Assembly (NCBI GenBank): GCA_013334225.1
Contig: JAAXXY010000006.1
Coordinates: 10,144-74,143 of the forward strand
Direction of reading: 5' to 3'
DNA: 64,000 nucleotides
From: Chlorobiaceae bacterium
GTDB lineage: Bacteria > Bacteroidota > Chlorobiia > Chlorobiales > Chlorobiaceae
Under the pieces are notes generated by a model. It ran no database searches, was not told where the DNA came from, and saw only the letters and a program-made list of their open reading frames with translations. This document shows positions 1 to 9,766 of the stretch, piece after piece. A program made the position numbers and the translations under genes. Position 1 is the stretch's first letter. The number at the start of each line of letters is the position of its first letter.

Positions 1-353
1 CCGTAAAGCCCGCCGGCAAGTTCGCCTTTGTACCAGCTTTCAAAACTGTGCGCAAGGCCGAGATGATGAAGCGTGATATACGCTTCGATGATATCATCTG
101 AAATCCAGGTCTCGCTGTCCGATGCCCTCGGTGCGGCACACTCCCTGATCACCTGCTCGAAAGTCCTGTCGATCGTGACGGTGAACTCTCTTTTCCTGAT
201 CACTCTGCTGACCTGCCGTGAAGGTTTGTATGTTTCAAGAGAAAAAACAGCTCTCCTGTGAGGCTGGCACCAGTAAACCTTTCCGTCTGACGGATCGGAC
301 ATCGGGAAAAAACCTGTACGATATGCCCTGATCAGATCTTCAATGCGGATCAT
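1..353 (-). CDS. aat: Leucyl/phenylalanyl-tRNA--protein transferase (N-terminal part; runs off the window edge)
   Basis: Manual translation from ATG at 353 gives MIRIEDLIRAYRTGFFPMSDPSDGKVYWCQPHRRAVF..., with the typical Aat 'AY..G.FPM' motif. The start overlaps the upstream gene's TGA (ATGA). Not in the ORF track. Confidence 0.88.
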   Translation of the reverse strand, partial: MIRIEDLIRAYRTGFFPMSDPSDGKVYWCQPHRRAVFSLETYKPSRQVSRVIRKREFTVTIDRTFEQVIRECAAPRASDSETWISDDIIEAYITLHHLGLAHSFESWYKGELAGGLY

Positions 354-955
354 TGCTTCCGGCGAGATTCACTGCGTTTACGGAACTCAAGCAGAACGTC
401 ATCCAGCATCCTTTTGGGAACATGATGGATATGGTGTGCATCCTCGAAGGAAGCAGTGGGATCATCTCCCGATATCTGATCGATGACGACGGTTTCCAGA
501 GGTTTGCCGAGTGCAATGACCATGAGAATGGAGAAATATCCGGGGATATGCAGTTGTTCCCGAATACCCTCCCTGTCGAGCGATGTTGTCATACATCCGC
601 CATATCCTGCGTCAGTTGCCCCGAGCAGGATGGTCTGGGCTGCGATGCCGCTGTCAAAGGAAAATTCACTGCTGATGCGGAGATCACCGAGCATCACGAT
701 AAAAGCCATCGGCCGTTCTTCTTCCGCTGTGCCCGGCCAGTTGCAGGATGGTCCGTTATCGAGCAGAAAGGAAAAAACAGCAGCAACATCGGGGGCATCC
801 GATACGGCAAGGTATTTCAACGGCTGAAGATTGCCCTTTGAAGGCACATAACAGGCAAGCTCCACAAGGTCACGGAGCAGTTCATCCGGGACAGCCGCTG
901 AAGCGCTGAATTTCCGGTAGCTCCGGCATTTGGTGACAAGTTCCCTGAACAGCAT
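350..955 (-). CDS. Nitroreductase family protein
   Basis: RSYRKF, PSKGNLQP and 'DSGIAAQTILLGATDAGYGGC' nitroreductase motifs. Confidence 0.9.
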   Translation of the reverse strand: MLFRELVTKCRSYRKFSASAAVPDELLRDLVELACYVPSKGNLQPLKYLAVSDAPDVAAVFSFLLDNGPSCNWPGTAEEERPMAFIVMLGDLRISSEFSFDSGIAAQTILLGATDAGYGGCMTTSLDREGIREQLHIPGYFSILMVIALGKPLETVVIDQISGDDPTASFEDAHHIHHVPKRMLDDVLLEFRKRSESRRKQ

Positions 956-966
956 CCTTTACAAAT

Positions 967-1998
967 TTATGGCTTTTCACGCCATGCAGCATCGGTATAT
1001 TTCTGAAGGTCTTCCCATTTGCCGCTACCGATCCACTCCGCAATATAATCCACCGTTCTTGAATAGTTCATCGGTTCCCTGTCGGGTTTTTCAAGCCAGT
1101 CGCCGAGAACCGCACGGTCAAGGGAGTGCATCACCATGCCGAACCCGAGCATGTCGATGGCCAGAGCGTTAGATTCCTGCTCGATCTGTCCGTCGAGCGG
1201 CCTGAGAAGAAGCTTCTTGCCGAGATGCAGGGCTTCGCCGGGAAGTTCGAAACCGGCATTGCAGACCACTCCATTGGACTCCATGAGATCTGCGAGAAAT
1301 CCTTCCCTCGAGTACGTTCTGTAATGCATATGGCCATTGTCGAGCACTTCACGGACTTTTCCGTAGATGAAAAAATCATACCCTTCAAAAGGTGCTATGA
1401 AATCGGTAACATCCTCCACCTCTTCAAACGGAAGATAGACAAGAATTTTTCCCTTTACCGGTTTGAGAATTTCCCTGTCGTATAGGGTCGCCGGAATGAC
1501 CGGGGGGAATATCGGCTGATCGAAATGGCTCCAGTGCAGCCCGGCATTGTAACGTGCGGGAGCAAAATTCAGAAGCGTGTATTTTTCAAAAACATTGCCT
1601 TTCGCGAAAGGTATATCGAACCTGAATGCATACTGGTGCCCGAACCCCATCGAAGGAATGTTCCTGATCCTTGCCGCCATCGAGGTGATGGGCTCGAAAT
1701 CGGTAATGACGAGATCTGTTCCGTACGTATCGAGCATGAGAACGTCGGACATCAACCGCATGAGATCAAGCTGGAACATCGTTTCGATGTAGTTCATCCT
1801 GCCCTTGTAGGTGACGAGAGTCATTCCCTTCATGACCCGGTACGGACTGAACACCTCTATTTCCTTCAGTTCACTCTCTTTCCTGCCGCTGATGACGACC
1901 TGAACATCATGCCCGTCCTCCTTGAGCTTGCGGACAAGCTCCCTGCTCCGGCTGATATGACCGTTTCCCGTTCCCTGAACACCGAAAAGGATCTTCAT
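967..1998 (-). CDS. GT-B glycosyltransferase (MJ1255/VC2487-like)
   Basis: N-terminal GVQGTGNGHISR, ITDFEP, NAGFEL..EAL and 'QIEQ..NA' motifs. Confidence 0.85.
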   Translation of the reverse strand: MKILFGVQGTGNGHISRSRELVRKLKEDGHDVQVVISGRKESELKEIEVFSPYRVMKGMTLVTYKGRMNYIETMFQLDLMRLMSDVLMLDTYGTDLVITDFEPITSMAARIRNIPSMGFGHQYAFRFDIPFAKGNVFEKYTLLNFAPARYNAGLHWSHFDQPIFPPVIPATLYDREILKPVKGKILVYLPFEEVEDVTDFIAPFEGYDFFIYGKVREVLDNGHMHYRTYSREGFLADLMESNGVVCNAGFELPGEALHLGKKLLLRPLDGQIEQESNALAIDMLGFGMVMHSLDRAVLGDWLEKPDREPMNYSRTVDYIAEWIGSGKWEDLQKYTDAAWREKP

Positions 1999-2031
1999 GC
2001 TGCTGATACAATTTAAGTGGAATGCCCCTGC

Positions 2032-4257
2032 CTATTGCTGAACCTTCAGATTTGCATACTGGACCATCAGCGTCTTTTCTCCTGCACTCCGGAAGTTTAT
2101 TCTTGCTTTCTGTTTGGCTCCGGAGCCCTGGACATCGAGCACCATCCCGGAACCGAATACGGCATGATGCACCTTCGTCCCTTTCCGGATTCCCTCGCTC
2201 TGCTGTTTGGGCCGGTTTTCAGAAAGTGCGGCCGCGGCCGGTACCGGTTCTGGCATCTGCTGACGTGCAAGCGGCGAACGTGCAAATGCTCCTCCTGCTT
2301 TTTCTTTTTCAGTTTGCTCCGACAGAAAAGCGCCGCCTTCCCTCTGAACGATGGAAGCATCGATCTCGCCGATAAACATCGATTTCAGGCAGTAATGCGG
2401 CTGGCCGTACTGATAGCGGCTCTTTGCCCATGACAGAAAAATCTTCTCCTGGGCCCTTGTCATAGCGACATAGAAAAGTCTCCTCTCTTCCTCGAGCTCT
2501 TCGGGCTCGTAAGTATTCAGCGGAAAAAGCCGTTCCTCGAGACCTGTAACAAAAACTACAGGGAACTCGAGACCTTTGGCAGCATGTACGGTCATCAGGG
2601 AAACGTAGTTATCAGATTCCTGCGTCTCATCGTAGGTGGAGGCAAGAGAAATATTCTCGAGGAAATCGGAGAGCGTGCATCCGTCAGGATTATGGTCGGA
2701 GAAATCTCTCGCCATCGAGAGCAGTTCCTGAAGGTTTTCATAACGGGCCATCGATTCGGCGGTATTCTCGGCCTGCAGGAGCATCGGTATGGAAGTTAGA
2801 TTGAACAGTTCGCTGAGGACTTCATAAACCGTTGCATTCTCCGCCATCGCCTTGAGTTGTTCAACCACACTGATGAATGAGCTCAGGGCATTCATCAGCC
2901 GTTGCTGGAATACGCCTTCTTCTGCGCGCCTGATGGCTTCATACAGCGGGATACCTTTTTCTTCGGCAAAATCCCTGAGCTTTGTGATGCTGACATCACC
3001 GATTTTCCTTGGCGGGAAATTGAGGATCCTGAGCAGCGACTCGGTGTCGCGGTCATTGAGGATAAAGCGGAGATAGGCAACGGCATCCTTGATCTCCTTG
3101 CGTTTGTAGAACGATACGCTGCCGAAAATCCTGTACGGGATCCTCTGCCTGCGCATGAGGTCCTCGATCACCCTCGACTGGGCATTGGTGCGGTAGAAAA
3201 CGGCGAAACTGCTGAATTCATACCCATTCTTCACATGCATTGAAATAATCCGTTCCCCGACTTTTTCCGCCTCATGACGTTCGTCAAGAGCCTCCATAAG
3301 CGTCAGTGGTTCGCCGTCGCTCCGGTGTGAAACCAGTTCTTTTTTTATCTGCCGGACATTGCGGCTGATCACGCTGTTCGCAGCTCTGAGGATATTGCCC
3401 GTGCTCCGGTAATTTTCGATCAGTTTGAATGTCCTGGCATCCTGGTAATCTTCCTGGAAATTGAGAATGTTCGTAATGTCCGCTCCCCGCCATGAATAAA
3501 TGGACTGGGCATCGTCACCGACGACAAATATGTTGCGGTATCGGGCACCGAGCATTCTGGCCACAAGGTACTGCGCCCGGTTGGTATCCTGGTATTCGTC
3601 GATCAGGATATAGCGGAACATCTCCTGCAGTTCTGCGAGAACCTGCGGATGCTCGTTGAAAAGCTCGATCGGCTTGATCAGCAGGTCGTCAAAATCAAGT
3701 GCGTTGTTCTCCCGCAGCTTTCTGTTGTAAACTTCGTAGATAAGCGCAGCTTTCTGCTGATTGTAGTCCGATACATTGCGATGAAATGCCGACGGGAGAA
3801 TGAAACTGTTTTTTGCCCTGCTGATAATACCCTGGACCGTGTTGACCGGCAGGGCATCCTGCGATATATTGAGTTCGGCCATCGACTGCCTGATCAGGCT
3901 TTTACTGTCATCGGCATCGAAAATGGTAAAATTCCGGCTGAACCCGAGAAGATGAATGTAACTGCGCAGGAGGCGGGCAAACACGGAATGGAACGTACCG
4001 ATCCACAAGCCGCCTGCACTGCCCTGCCGGAGGAGGGTATCGACGCGCTGGCGCATCTCTCCTGCCGCCTTGTTGGTAAATGTCAGGGCAAGGATGTTTT
4101 CAGGCGGAACACCTTCATTCCGGATAAGGTATGCAATTCGGTAGGTGATGACTCTCGTCTTTCCCGAACCTGCTCCAGCAAGCACCATGACCGGACCTGA
4201 TGTTGCTGTGACAGCACTGCGCTGCACATCATTGAGATCGTTTAAAAAATCTGTCAA
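2032..4257 (-). CDS. uvrD: UvrD/PcrA superfamily I DNA helicase
   Basis: AGAGSGKT, TFTNKAA, DEYQD, VGDDAQSIY, ENYRS, MTVHAAKGLEF, EERRLFYVAMTRA; C-terminal Tudor-like tail. Confidence 0.95.
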   Translation of the reverse strand: MTDFLNDLNDVQRSAVTATSGPVMVLAGAGSGKTRVITYRIAYLIRNEGVPPENILALTFTNKAAGEMRQRVDTLLRQGSAGGLWIGTFHSVFARLLRSYIHLLGFSRNFTIFDADDSKSLIRQSMAELNISQDALPVNTVQGIISRAKNSFILPSAFHRNVSDYNQQKAALIYEVYNRKLRENNALDFDDLLIKPIELFNEHPQVLAELQEMFRYILIDEYQDTNRAQYLVARMLGARYRNIFVVGDDAQSIYSWRGADITNILNFQEDYQDARTFKLIENYRSTGNILRAANSVISRNVRQIKKELVSHRSDGEPLTLMEALDERHEAEKVGERIISMHVKNGYEFSSFAVFYRTNAQSRVIEDLMRRQRIPYRIFGSVSFYKRKEIKDAVAYLRFILNDRDTESLLRILNFPPRKIGDVSITKLRDFAEEKGIPLYEAIRRAEEGVFQQRLMNALSSFISVVEQLKAMAENATVYEVLSELFNLTSIPMLLQAENTAESMARYENLQELLSMARDFSDHNPDGCTLSDFLENISLASTYDETQESDNYVSLMTVHAAKGLEFPVVFVTGLEERLFPLNTYEPEELEEERRLFYVAMTRAQEKIFLSWAKSRYQYGQPHYCLKSMFIGEIDASIVQREGGAFLSEQTEKEKAGGAFARSPLARQQMPEPVPAAAALSENRPKQQSEGIRKGTKVHHAVFGSGMVLDVQGSGAKQKARINFRSAGEKTLMVQYANLKVQQ

Positions 4258-4584
4258 ACTCTTGACTACCAGTTAACAGTTGCAGTACTGCCGTCGTCGT
4301 TAAGGTAACGGGACAGCACCGAAAAATATCCAGTTGAATTTCGTATAACTTTATCCTTTTTACAAATAACCGGCAAACAAATCACAGGGTGACCCGCCAT
4401 CGGTTTAACAAAGGAAATCACTCTTTTCCTTTACTATCAGCAGTTTTCCTGGAAGAGACCCTTATAACCGTATCCGGAAAGAATAACACAGGACTTTCTG
4501 AATATTTTAACAATCGATTACCCTTGATTGCGCAAAGAGTTGCTATATTTACGTTCAAATCGTATCGCAATAAAAATAACGTTC

Positions 4585-6027
4585 ATGTTTCCTCTCGTTT
4601 ACGAAATAAACACCAGAATCTGGCTGAGAAAACTAAGCACCCTGCATAACCGTAAAATCATGCTCGGCGATATTCCGGAAAGCGAGTTCGCTTTTTTTTC
4701 AGCCTGCGGGTTCGATATTGTATGGCTCATGGGCGTCTGGAAACCAAGTCTTTACAGCAAAGCGATCGCAACAGCTCATCCCGGGCTCAGAACATCTTTC
4801 CTGGAACATATTGATGAAGTTGATCCGGGCGATATAGCCTCGTCACCCTATTCAATACCCTCATATACGGTAAACGAGACCCTGGGCGGAGAACAGGGCC
4901 TGCTCGAATTCCGAAGCAGACTGCATTCCCATGGAATCAGGCTGATGCTCGATTTCGTGCCGAACCATCTCTCGCTTGACAATGAATGGCTGCCCCAACA
5001 TCCCGAATATTTCATTCCTCTGTCGAGAGCGGAATGGAACAATGATCACGGCTCGGGTTTCGAATACACCCGCGGCAAATACCTTGCCTGCGGCAAGGAC
5101 CCTTATTTCGCACCCTGGACCGACACCCTGCAGCTCAATTACGCGAGGATGGAGACGCATGAAATGATGATCGGCAACCTTCATAAAATCAGTGCCCTGT
5201 GCGATGCGGTAAGGTGCGACGTTGCCATGCTTGTCCTGAAAAGTGTATTCAATACAACCTGGAGCCGCCTGAGCGGCCCGATGACACAGGAATTCTGGAC
5301 CTCGGCTATTGCATCTGTCAGAAAGAAACACCCTGAGTTTCTCTTTCTTGCCGAATCCTACTGGAACAAGGAGTGGGATCTGCAGCAGCTCGGGTTTGAC
5401 TTCACCTACGACAAACCGTTTTACGACTTCATAAGCAGTTCTCCGGTCAATGTCGAAAAGCTTTCCGGACATCTCAGAGCCCAGTGGGAGTATCAGAAGC
5501 ATCTCTGCCGGTTCATTGAAAACCATGACGAACCAAGGGCGGCAGAAAAAATCCGGCTGAACAACAAGGCTGCGGCACTTGTTTTACTCACCGCGCCCGG
5601 CATGCATCTTGTCCATCAGGACCAGATATCGGGATTTCACAAGAAAATACCGGTTCAGCTTGTCAGACAGTCGCCGGAGATCAATGACACTGATCTCGAG
5701 GAACTGTATAAACAACTCTATATCCTGCAGAAAAAACCGCTTTTCCAGGAAGGCCAGATCGACTGGCTCGACTTGAATACCGCATGTTCATCGCACTGTT
5801 TCGGCTTCCGGCGTTCATATGGTGACCAGCATGCCTTCGTTCTCGCCAATTTCAGCGCAACGGGCATTTCAATAGAGTTCCGGCATCCTTCGCTTGAACA
5901 CACCGATATCAGCATGCTGAATATTCTGAGTTCGGAACATGTGGACAAAAGTGACGATATCTTTTTTGAACTGCCGTTTCTGCATGTTCACCTCGCACCT
6001 CATGAAGCTGTGGTGATCACCCTCTGA
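4585..6027 (+). CDS. GH13 alpha-amylase family glycosyl hydrolase
   Basis: YEINTR, LDFVPNH, RCDVAM (catalytic D), LAESYW and ENHDE conserved regions; ATG at 4585 preferred as start. Confidence 0.88.
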   Translation: MFPLVYEINTRIWLRKLSTLHNRKIMLGDIPESEFAFFSACGFDIVWLMGVWKPSLYSKAIATAHPGLRTSFLEHIDEVDPGDIASSPYSIPSYTVNETLGGEQGLLEFRSRLHSHGIRLMLDFVPNHLSLDNEWLPQHPEYFIPLSRAEWNNDHGSGFEYTRGKYLACGKDPYFAPWTDTLQLNYARMETHEMMIGNLHKISALCDAVRCDVAMLVLKSVFNTTWSRLSGPMTQEFWTSAIASVRKKHPEFLFLAESYWNKEWDLQQLGFDFTYDKPFYDFISSSPVNVEKLSGHLRAQWEYQKHLCRFIENHDEPRAAEKIRLNNKAAALVLLTAPGMHLVHQDQISGFHKKIPVQLVRQSPEINDTDLEELYKQLYILQKKPLFQEGQIDWLDLNTACSSHCFGFRRSYGDQHAFVLANFSATGISIEFRHPSLEHTDISMLNILSSEHVDKSDDIFFELPFLHVHLAPHEAVVITL

Positions 6028-6108
6028 CATATGCCCCTGCCTGCAGACTCTTGCGGGACCTCTTTTTTATTTTCTTGTTTACCGGGAAACCTTTAACCGT
6101 TTTACGCC

Positions 6109-6534
6109 ATGCAATTCATCATCAAAAACATTTCCCTCCGGACAACGAAACCAATTGAAATAATCGATATCACAGCAGAAGCTATGGCGGCTGTCGCTGC
6201 TTCAGGATTGCAGAACGGCCAGCTAACTATAATGAGCCGTCATACAACCGCATATATCGCAATCAACGAAAGAGAAGAGAGCCTGCTTGATGATATGGAA
6301 ACATTCCTCAAACGCTTTGTTCCGAAAGACGGTAACTACGGACACAATATCACATCAGTCGATGGAAGGGACAATGCCCATTCCCATCTTCTCGGACTGT
6401 TCATGAACGCTTCAGCCACTGTTCCCGTATCGGAAGGCAAACTGCTGCTTGGCCAGTGGCAGTCACTCTTCTTCATCGAACTGGACGGACCGCGCGACAG
6501 AAGGAATGTCCTCCTGCAAATATCAGGTATATAA
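6109..6534 (+). CDS. YjbQ/UPF0047 family protein
   Basis: HTTA..INE, NAHSHL and LGQWQ..FFIELDGPR motifs. Confidence 0.9.
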   Translation: MQFIIKNISLRTTKPIEIIDITAEAMAAVAASGLQNGQLTIMSRHTTAYIAINEREESLLDDMETFLKRFVPKDGNYGHNITSVDGRDNAHSHLLGLFMNASATVPVSEGKLLLGQWQSLFFIELDGPRDRRNVLLQISGI

Positions 6535-6645
6535 GCGAATTACTCTTTGAAAGTACTCTATGGAACCGGAAAGCCCGAAATGTGGTTAGTGCAATTGTTT
6601 AGTGCATAAAATAAAACGAATCTCAACCTGAAACAGACAACCGTC

Positions 6646-8577
6646 ATGCCCGATTCCAAAACGCTTCCTGTCATATTCAATCCCCTCAGAATAGCTGATA
6701 TCAACTCACCGGACGACCTGAAAAACCTCAGCATTCCCGAGCTTGAATCGATAGCGGAACAATGCAGGAAGGAAGTGATCAATCTGGTTTCCATGAATGG
6801 CGGGCATTTCGCTTCGAGCCTCGGTGTCGTGGAATTGACCGTTGCGCTTCATCATGTTTACAATACTCCGCAGGACAAAATCATCTGGGACGTCGGGCAT
6901 CAGGCATACGTTCATAAAATTCTGACCGGAAGGCTGAATCGCATGCATACGAACCGTCAGTACGGCGGGCTTGCCGGTTTTCCGAAAGTATCCGAAAGCC
7001 CTCACGACGCATTCGGTACCGGCCATGCTTCCACCTCTATATCTGCGGCGGCGGGAATAGCGGCGGCAAGGGACCTTGTCGGCGGAAAAGAAAAGGTAAT
7101 AGCCGTGATCGGAGATGGTAGCATGACCGGCGGGATGGCATTCGAGGCGATGAACCACCTCGGAGACCTGAAAAGCGATGTCCTCGTCATTCTCAATGAC
7201 AATCAGATGGCCATTTCGCCAAGTACCGGCGGTCTGAGAAATCATTTCGTGAACATAAGCCTTAACAAAACCTACAACAAGCTCCGCAAACTGATCTGGC
7301 AGTCCGTATCCCTGTTCAACAACGATCTCGGCAATACAGCAAAGAACGCTCTGCACAAAATAGAAGACGGCATAAAGGCGGCGCTCACTCCGGGTGCATT
7401 TTTCGAAGCCCTCGGATTGCGGTATTTCGGACCGATCGACGGTCATGACATGGAACAGCTTGTCAAGGCACTGAAGGAAATGCATGACCTTCCCCACCCG
7501 AAGCTGCTGCATATCATGACGACCAAAGGCAAAGGGTTCAAACCGGCCGAGGAAGACCAGAGCAAATGGCATGCCCACAGCGGCGGATTCGACACCGTAA
7601 CAGGTAAAACCCTGAAAAAAGCCGATAAGACTCTGCCGCCGAAGTACCAGGAAGTTTTCGGTGAAGCACTTGTCGAACTCGCCCGCAAAGACATCCGTAT
7701 CACCGCCATTACTGCGGCAATGCCCACCGGCACATCGCTCGACCTGTTCCAGAACGCCTTTCCTAAACGATTCTACGACGTAGGCATAGCCGAACCGCAT
7801 GGCGTCACTTTCGCCGCCGGACTGGCAATACAGGGGATGAAGCCTGTATGTGCCATTTATTCGACTTTCCTGCAGCGGGCCTACGACCAGATCATCCACG
7901 ATGTCGCCCAGCAGAAACTCCATGTCGTTTTTGCCATAGACCGGGCAGGTCTCGTAGGCGAAGATGGCCCGACCCATCACGGTTCATTCGATCTCTCCTA
8001 CCTGCAGGTTGTCCCCGGCATGGTAATCATGGCGCCGTCCGACGAGCAGGAACTGCGCGATATGCTCTATACCGCGCTCTACAATGTCAATGGTCCGGTT
8101 GCGATACGGTATCCGAGAGGCAACGGTACCGGCATACCGTTGAACAGGGAGTTCTCTGCACTCGAAATCGGCAAAGGCCGGTTTGTAAGGGAAGGAGAGA
8201 GCATTGCGCTCCTCTGTATGGGCACCATGACCGGCAAAGGGCTCGAAACGGCAGAAGCTCTCGCGCAATCCGGTATCAATCCATCAGTGGTCGACATGAG
8301 GTTTCTCAAACCGCTCGACACGAATATCCTCGAAGAAATCGCATCCCGTTCGACCCATATCGTAGTACTGGAAGAGAACAGCTGTATCGGAGGGCTTGGC
8401 AGTGCAGTCATCGACCACCTCAACGAACTAGGCCTGAAACTTCCGGTCCTGAAACTCGGGCTGCCCGATGCATTCGTAACGCACGGGCATATGGACGACC
8501 TATACCGGGATACCGGCCTCGACACACCGTCTCTTACCGAAAAAATCAAACGGTTTTACAAGCCTGAAGGCAAGTGA
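6646..8577 (+). CDS. dxs: 1-deoxy-D-xylulose-5-phosphate synthase
   Basis: GHFASSLG, WDVGHQAY.HK, GDGSMTGG, LNDN, DRAGLVGEDGPTHHG. Confidence 0.97.
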   Translation: MPDSKTLPVIFNPLRIADINSPDDLKNLSIPELESIAEQCRKEVINLVSMNGGHFASSLGVVELTVALHHVYNTPQDKIIWDVGHQAYVHKILTGRLNRMHTNRQYGGLAGFPKVSESPHDAFGTGHASTSISAAAGIAAARDLVGGKEKVIAVIGDGSMTGGMAFEAMNHLGDLKSDVLVILNDNQMAISPSTGGLRNHFVNISLNKTYNKLRKLIWQSVSLFNNDLGNTAKNALHKIEDGIKAALTPGAFFEALGLRYFGPIDGHDMEQLVKALKEMHDLPHPKLLHIMTTKGKGFKPAEEDQSKWHAHSGGFDTVTGKTLKKADKTLPPKYQEVFGEALVELARKDIRITAITAAMPTGTSLDLFQNAFPKRFYDVGIAEPHGVTFAAGLAIQGMKPVCAIYSTFLQRAYDQIIHDVAQQKLHVVFAIDRAGLVGEDGPTHHGSFDLSYLQVVPGMVIMAPSDEQELRDMLYTALYNVNGPVAIRYPRGNGTGIPLNREFSALEIGKGRFVREGESIALLCMGTMTGKGLETAEALAQSGINPSVVDMRFLKPLDTNILEEIASRSTHIVVLEENSCIGGLGSAVIDHLNELGLKLPVLKLGLPDAFVTHGHMDDLYRDTGLDTPSLTEKIKRFYKPEGK

Positions 8578-9032
8578 AACAGAGGGAGGAGGAACAGCAC
8601 TCCCCTTACGGAAAGATTGGCAAACAGGCCGGCGAGAATATCGTCGGCCATTATCCCCCATCCTCCCGGCAGATTCTGCGCGGAATTTACAGGGCCGGGC
8701 TTCGCGATATCGAAAAACCGGAAAAAAGCAAACGAAAGCGCCAGTGGCAAAGCTCCCGCAGGAATTGCAACAAGCGCTATCCATTGTCCTGCAAGTTCAT
8801 CGATGGTGACAATCGAAGGGTCGTTGCCGAACTGCTCCTCCATGACATAACCTGACCAGATCCCTGCAGCGCTGGAAAGTAAAATCAGGATAAGCATAAC
8901 CGGAACATCCCTGATACCGGGAAGAAGGAGATACAAGGCAACAGCCGCCGCGCTGGTCACCGTACCAGGGGCTACAGGAAAAAATCCGATCCCGGAACAG
9001 GTCGAGACAATTTTTGCAACAGTAAGTTTCAT
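8556..9032 (-). CDS. pgpA: Phosphatidylglycerophosphatase A
   Basis: PVAPGT, DPSIVTIDE, FRFFDI.KP, GIMADD; probable start MKLTVAK at 9032; 3' end overlaps dxs by 22 nt. Confidence 0.92.
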   Translation of the reverse strand: MKLTVAKIVSTCSGIGFFPVAPGTVTSAAAVALYLLLPGIRDVPVMLILILLSSAAGIWSGYVMEEQFGNDPSIVTIDELAGQWIALVAIPAGALPLALSFAFFRFFDIAKPGPVNSAQNLPGGWGIMADDILAGLFANLSVRGVLFLLPLFHLPSGL

Positions 9033-9039
9033 ACCTGCA

Positions 9040-9678
9040 TCAACCCTGGAAAGGCTTCTGGAGATAGACCTTCCAGTTGCTGACAAGGTATGATATACCG
9101 GTATAAACGGTAAAGATGGTAACGGCGAACATGATATAGTCGAGAATGCCCGACATGAGAAAGCTGCTGATCATTTTTGTGACACTCCTGCCGAAAAAGG
9201 CCGTCTCCTTGAGCAGAACGAGAAACATCACCGCATAAACGAACAGATGCTGGACAAGTGTCTTGTATTTCGCTTCCATGCTCGTTACCACCGGCTTGTC
9301 TTTCATTTCGGCATAGACTCTCAGCCCGGTAACAAGAACATCCCTTATCACGACAAGCACCACCATCCAGAGGACAAGGTAGCCGAGCCAGACATAGAGA
9401 AGAAAAGCCGCTGTAATGAGCAGTTTATCGGCCAGGGGATCGAGAAAAGCACCGAGACGTGTTGTCTCGCCATATTTCCTCGCATGATAACCGTCATAAA
9501 TATCGGTCAGGGAGGCAATGGCAAAGACAGCAACTCCGAGAATCTTCAGAAACGGGTCATCCTGAAGCAGCAACACGACGAAAACCGGCACAAGAAGTAT
9601 TCTCAGGGCAGTCAACTGATTGGGAATGGTCAGGTATGTCTGTAACGGCGTTTTCAAGCCTTCTTTATTATGTTGCAT
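9040..9678 (-). CDS. pgsA: CDP-diacylglycerol--glycerol-3-phosphate 3-phosphatidyltransferase
   Basis: PNQLT.LRI and CDP-alcohol motif D..DG..AR....T..G..LDP.ADK; start position uncertain. Confidence 0.9.
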   Translation of the reverse strand: MQHNKEGLKTPLQTYLTIPNQLTALRILLVPVFVVLLLQDDPFLKILGVAVFAIASLTDIYDGYHARKYGETTRLGAFLDPLADKLLITAAFLLYVWLGYLVLWMVVLVVIRDVLVTGLRVYAEMKDKPVVTSMEAKYKTLVQHLFVYAVMFLVLLKETAFFGRSVTKMISSFLMSGILDYIMFAVTIFTVYTGISYLVSNWKVYLQKPFQG

Positions 9679-9766
9679 GCTTTGCGCAGGTGAACTTATA
9701 CGGCTTAAGATACGGTATTGAAACCGGTTTTTCAATGCAACTTCAGATAAGGAAACGACAAAGGAT

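Noticed and set aside
6706-7980. 424-aa antisense ORF inside dxs (similar shadow ORFs over rfbA, RLP, the aldolase-SDR fusion and ileS)
   Set aside because: No recognisable motifs; long antisense frames are expected from codon bias in conserved genes.
8556-8577. 22-nt convergent overlap of dxs and pgpA (also the zero-gap junction at 19700/19701)
   Set aside because: Short tail-to-tail overlaps are common in compact genomes.
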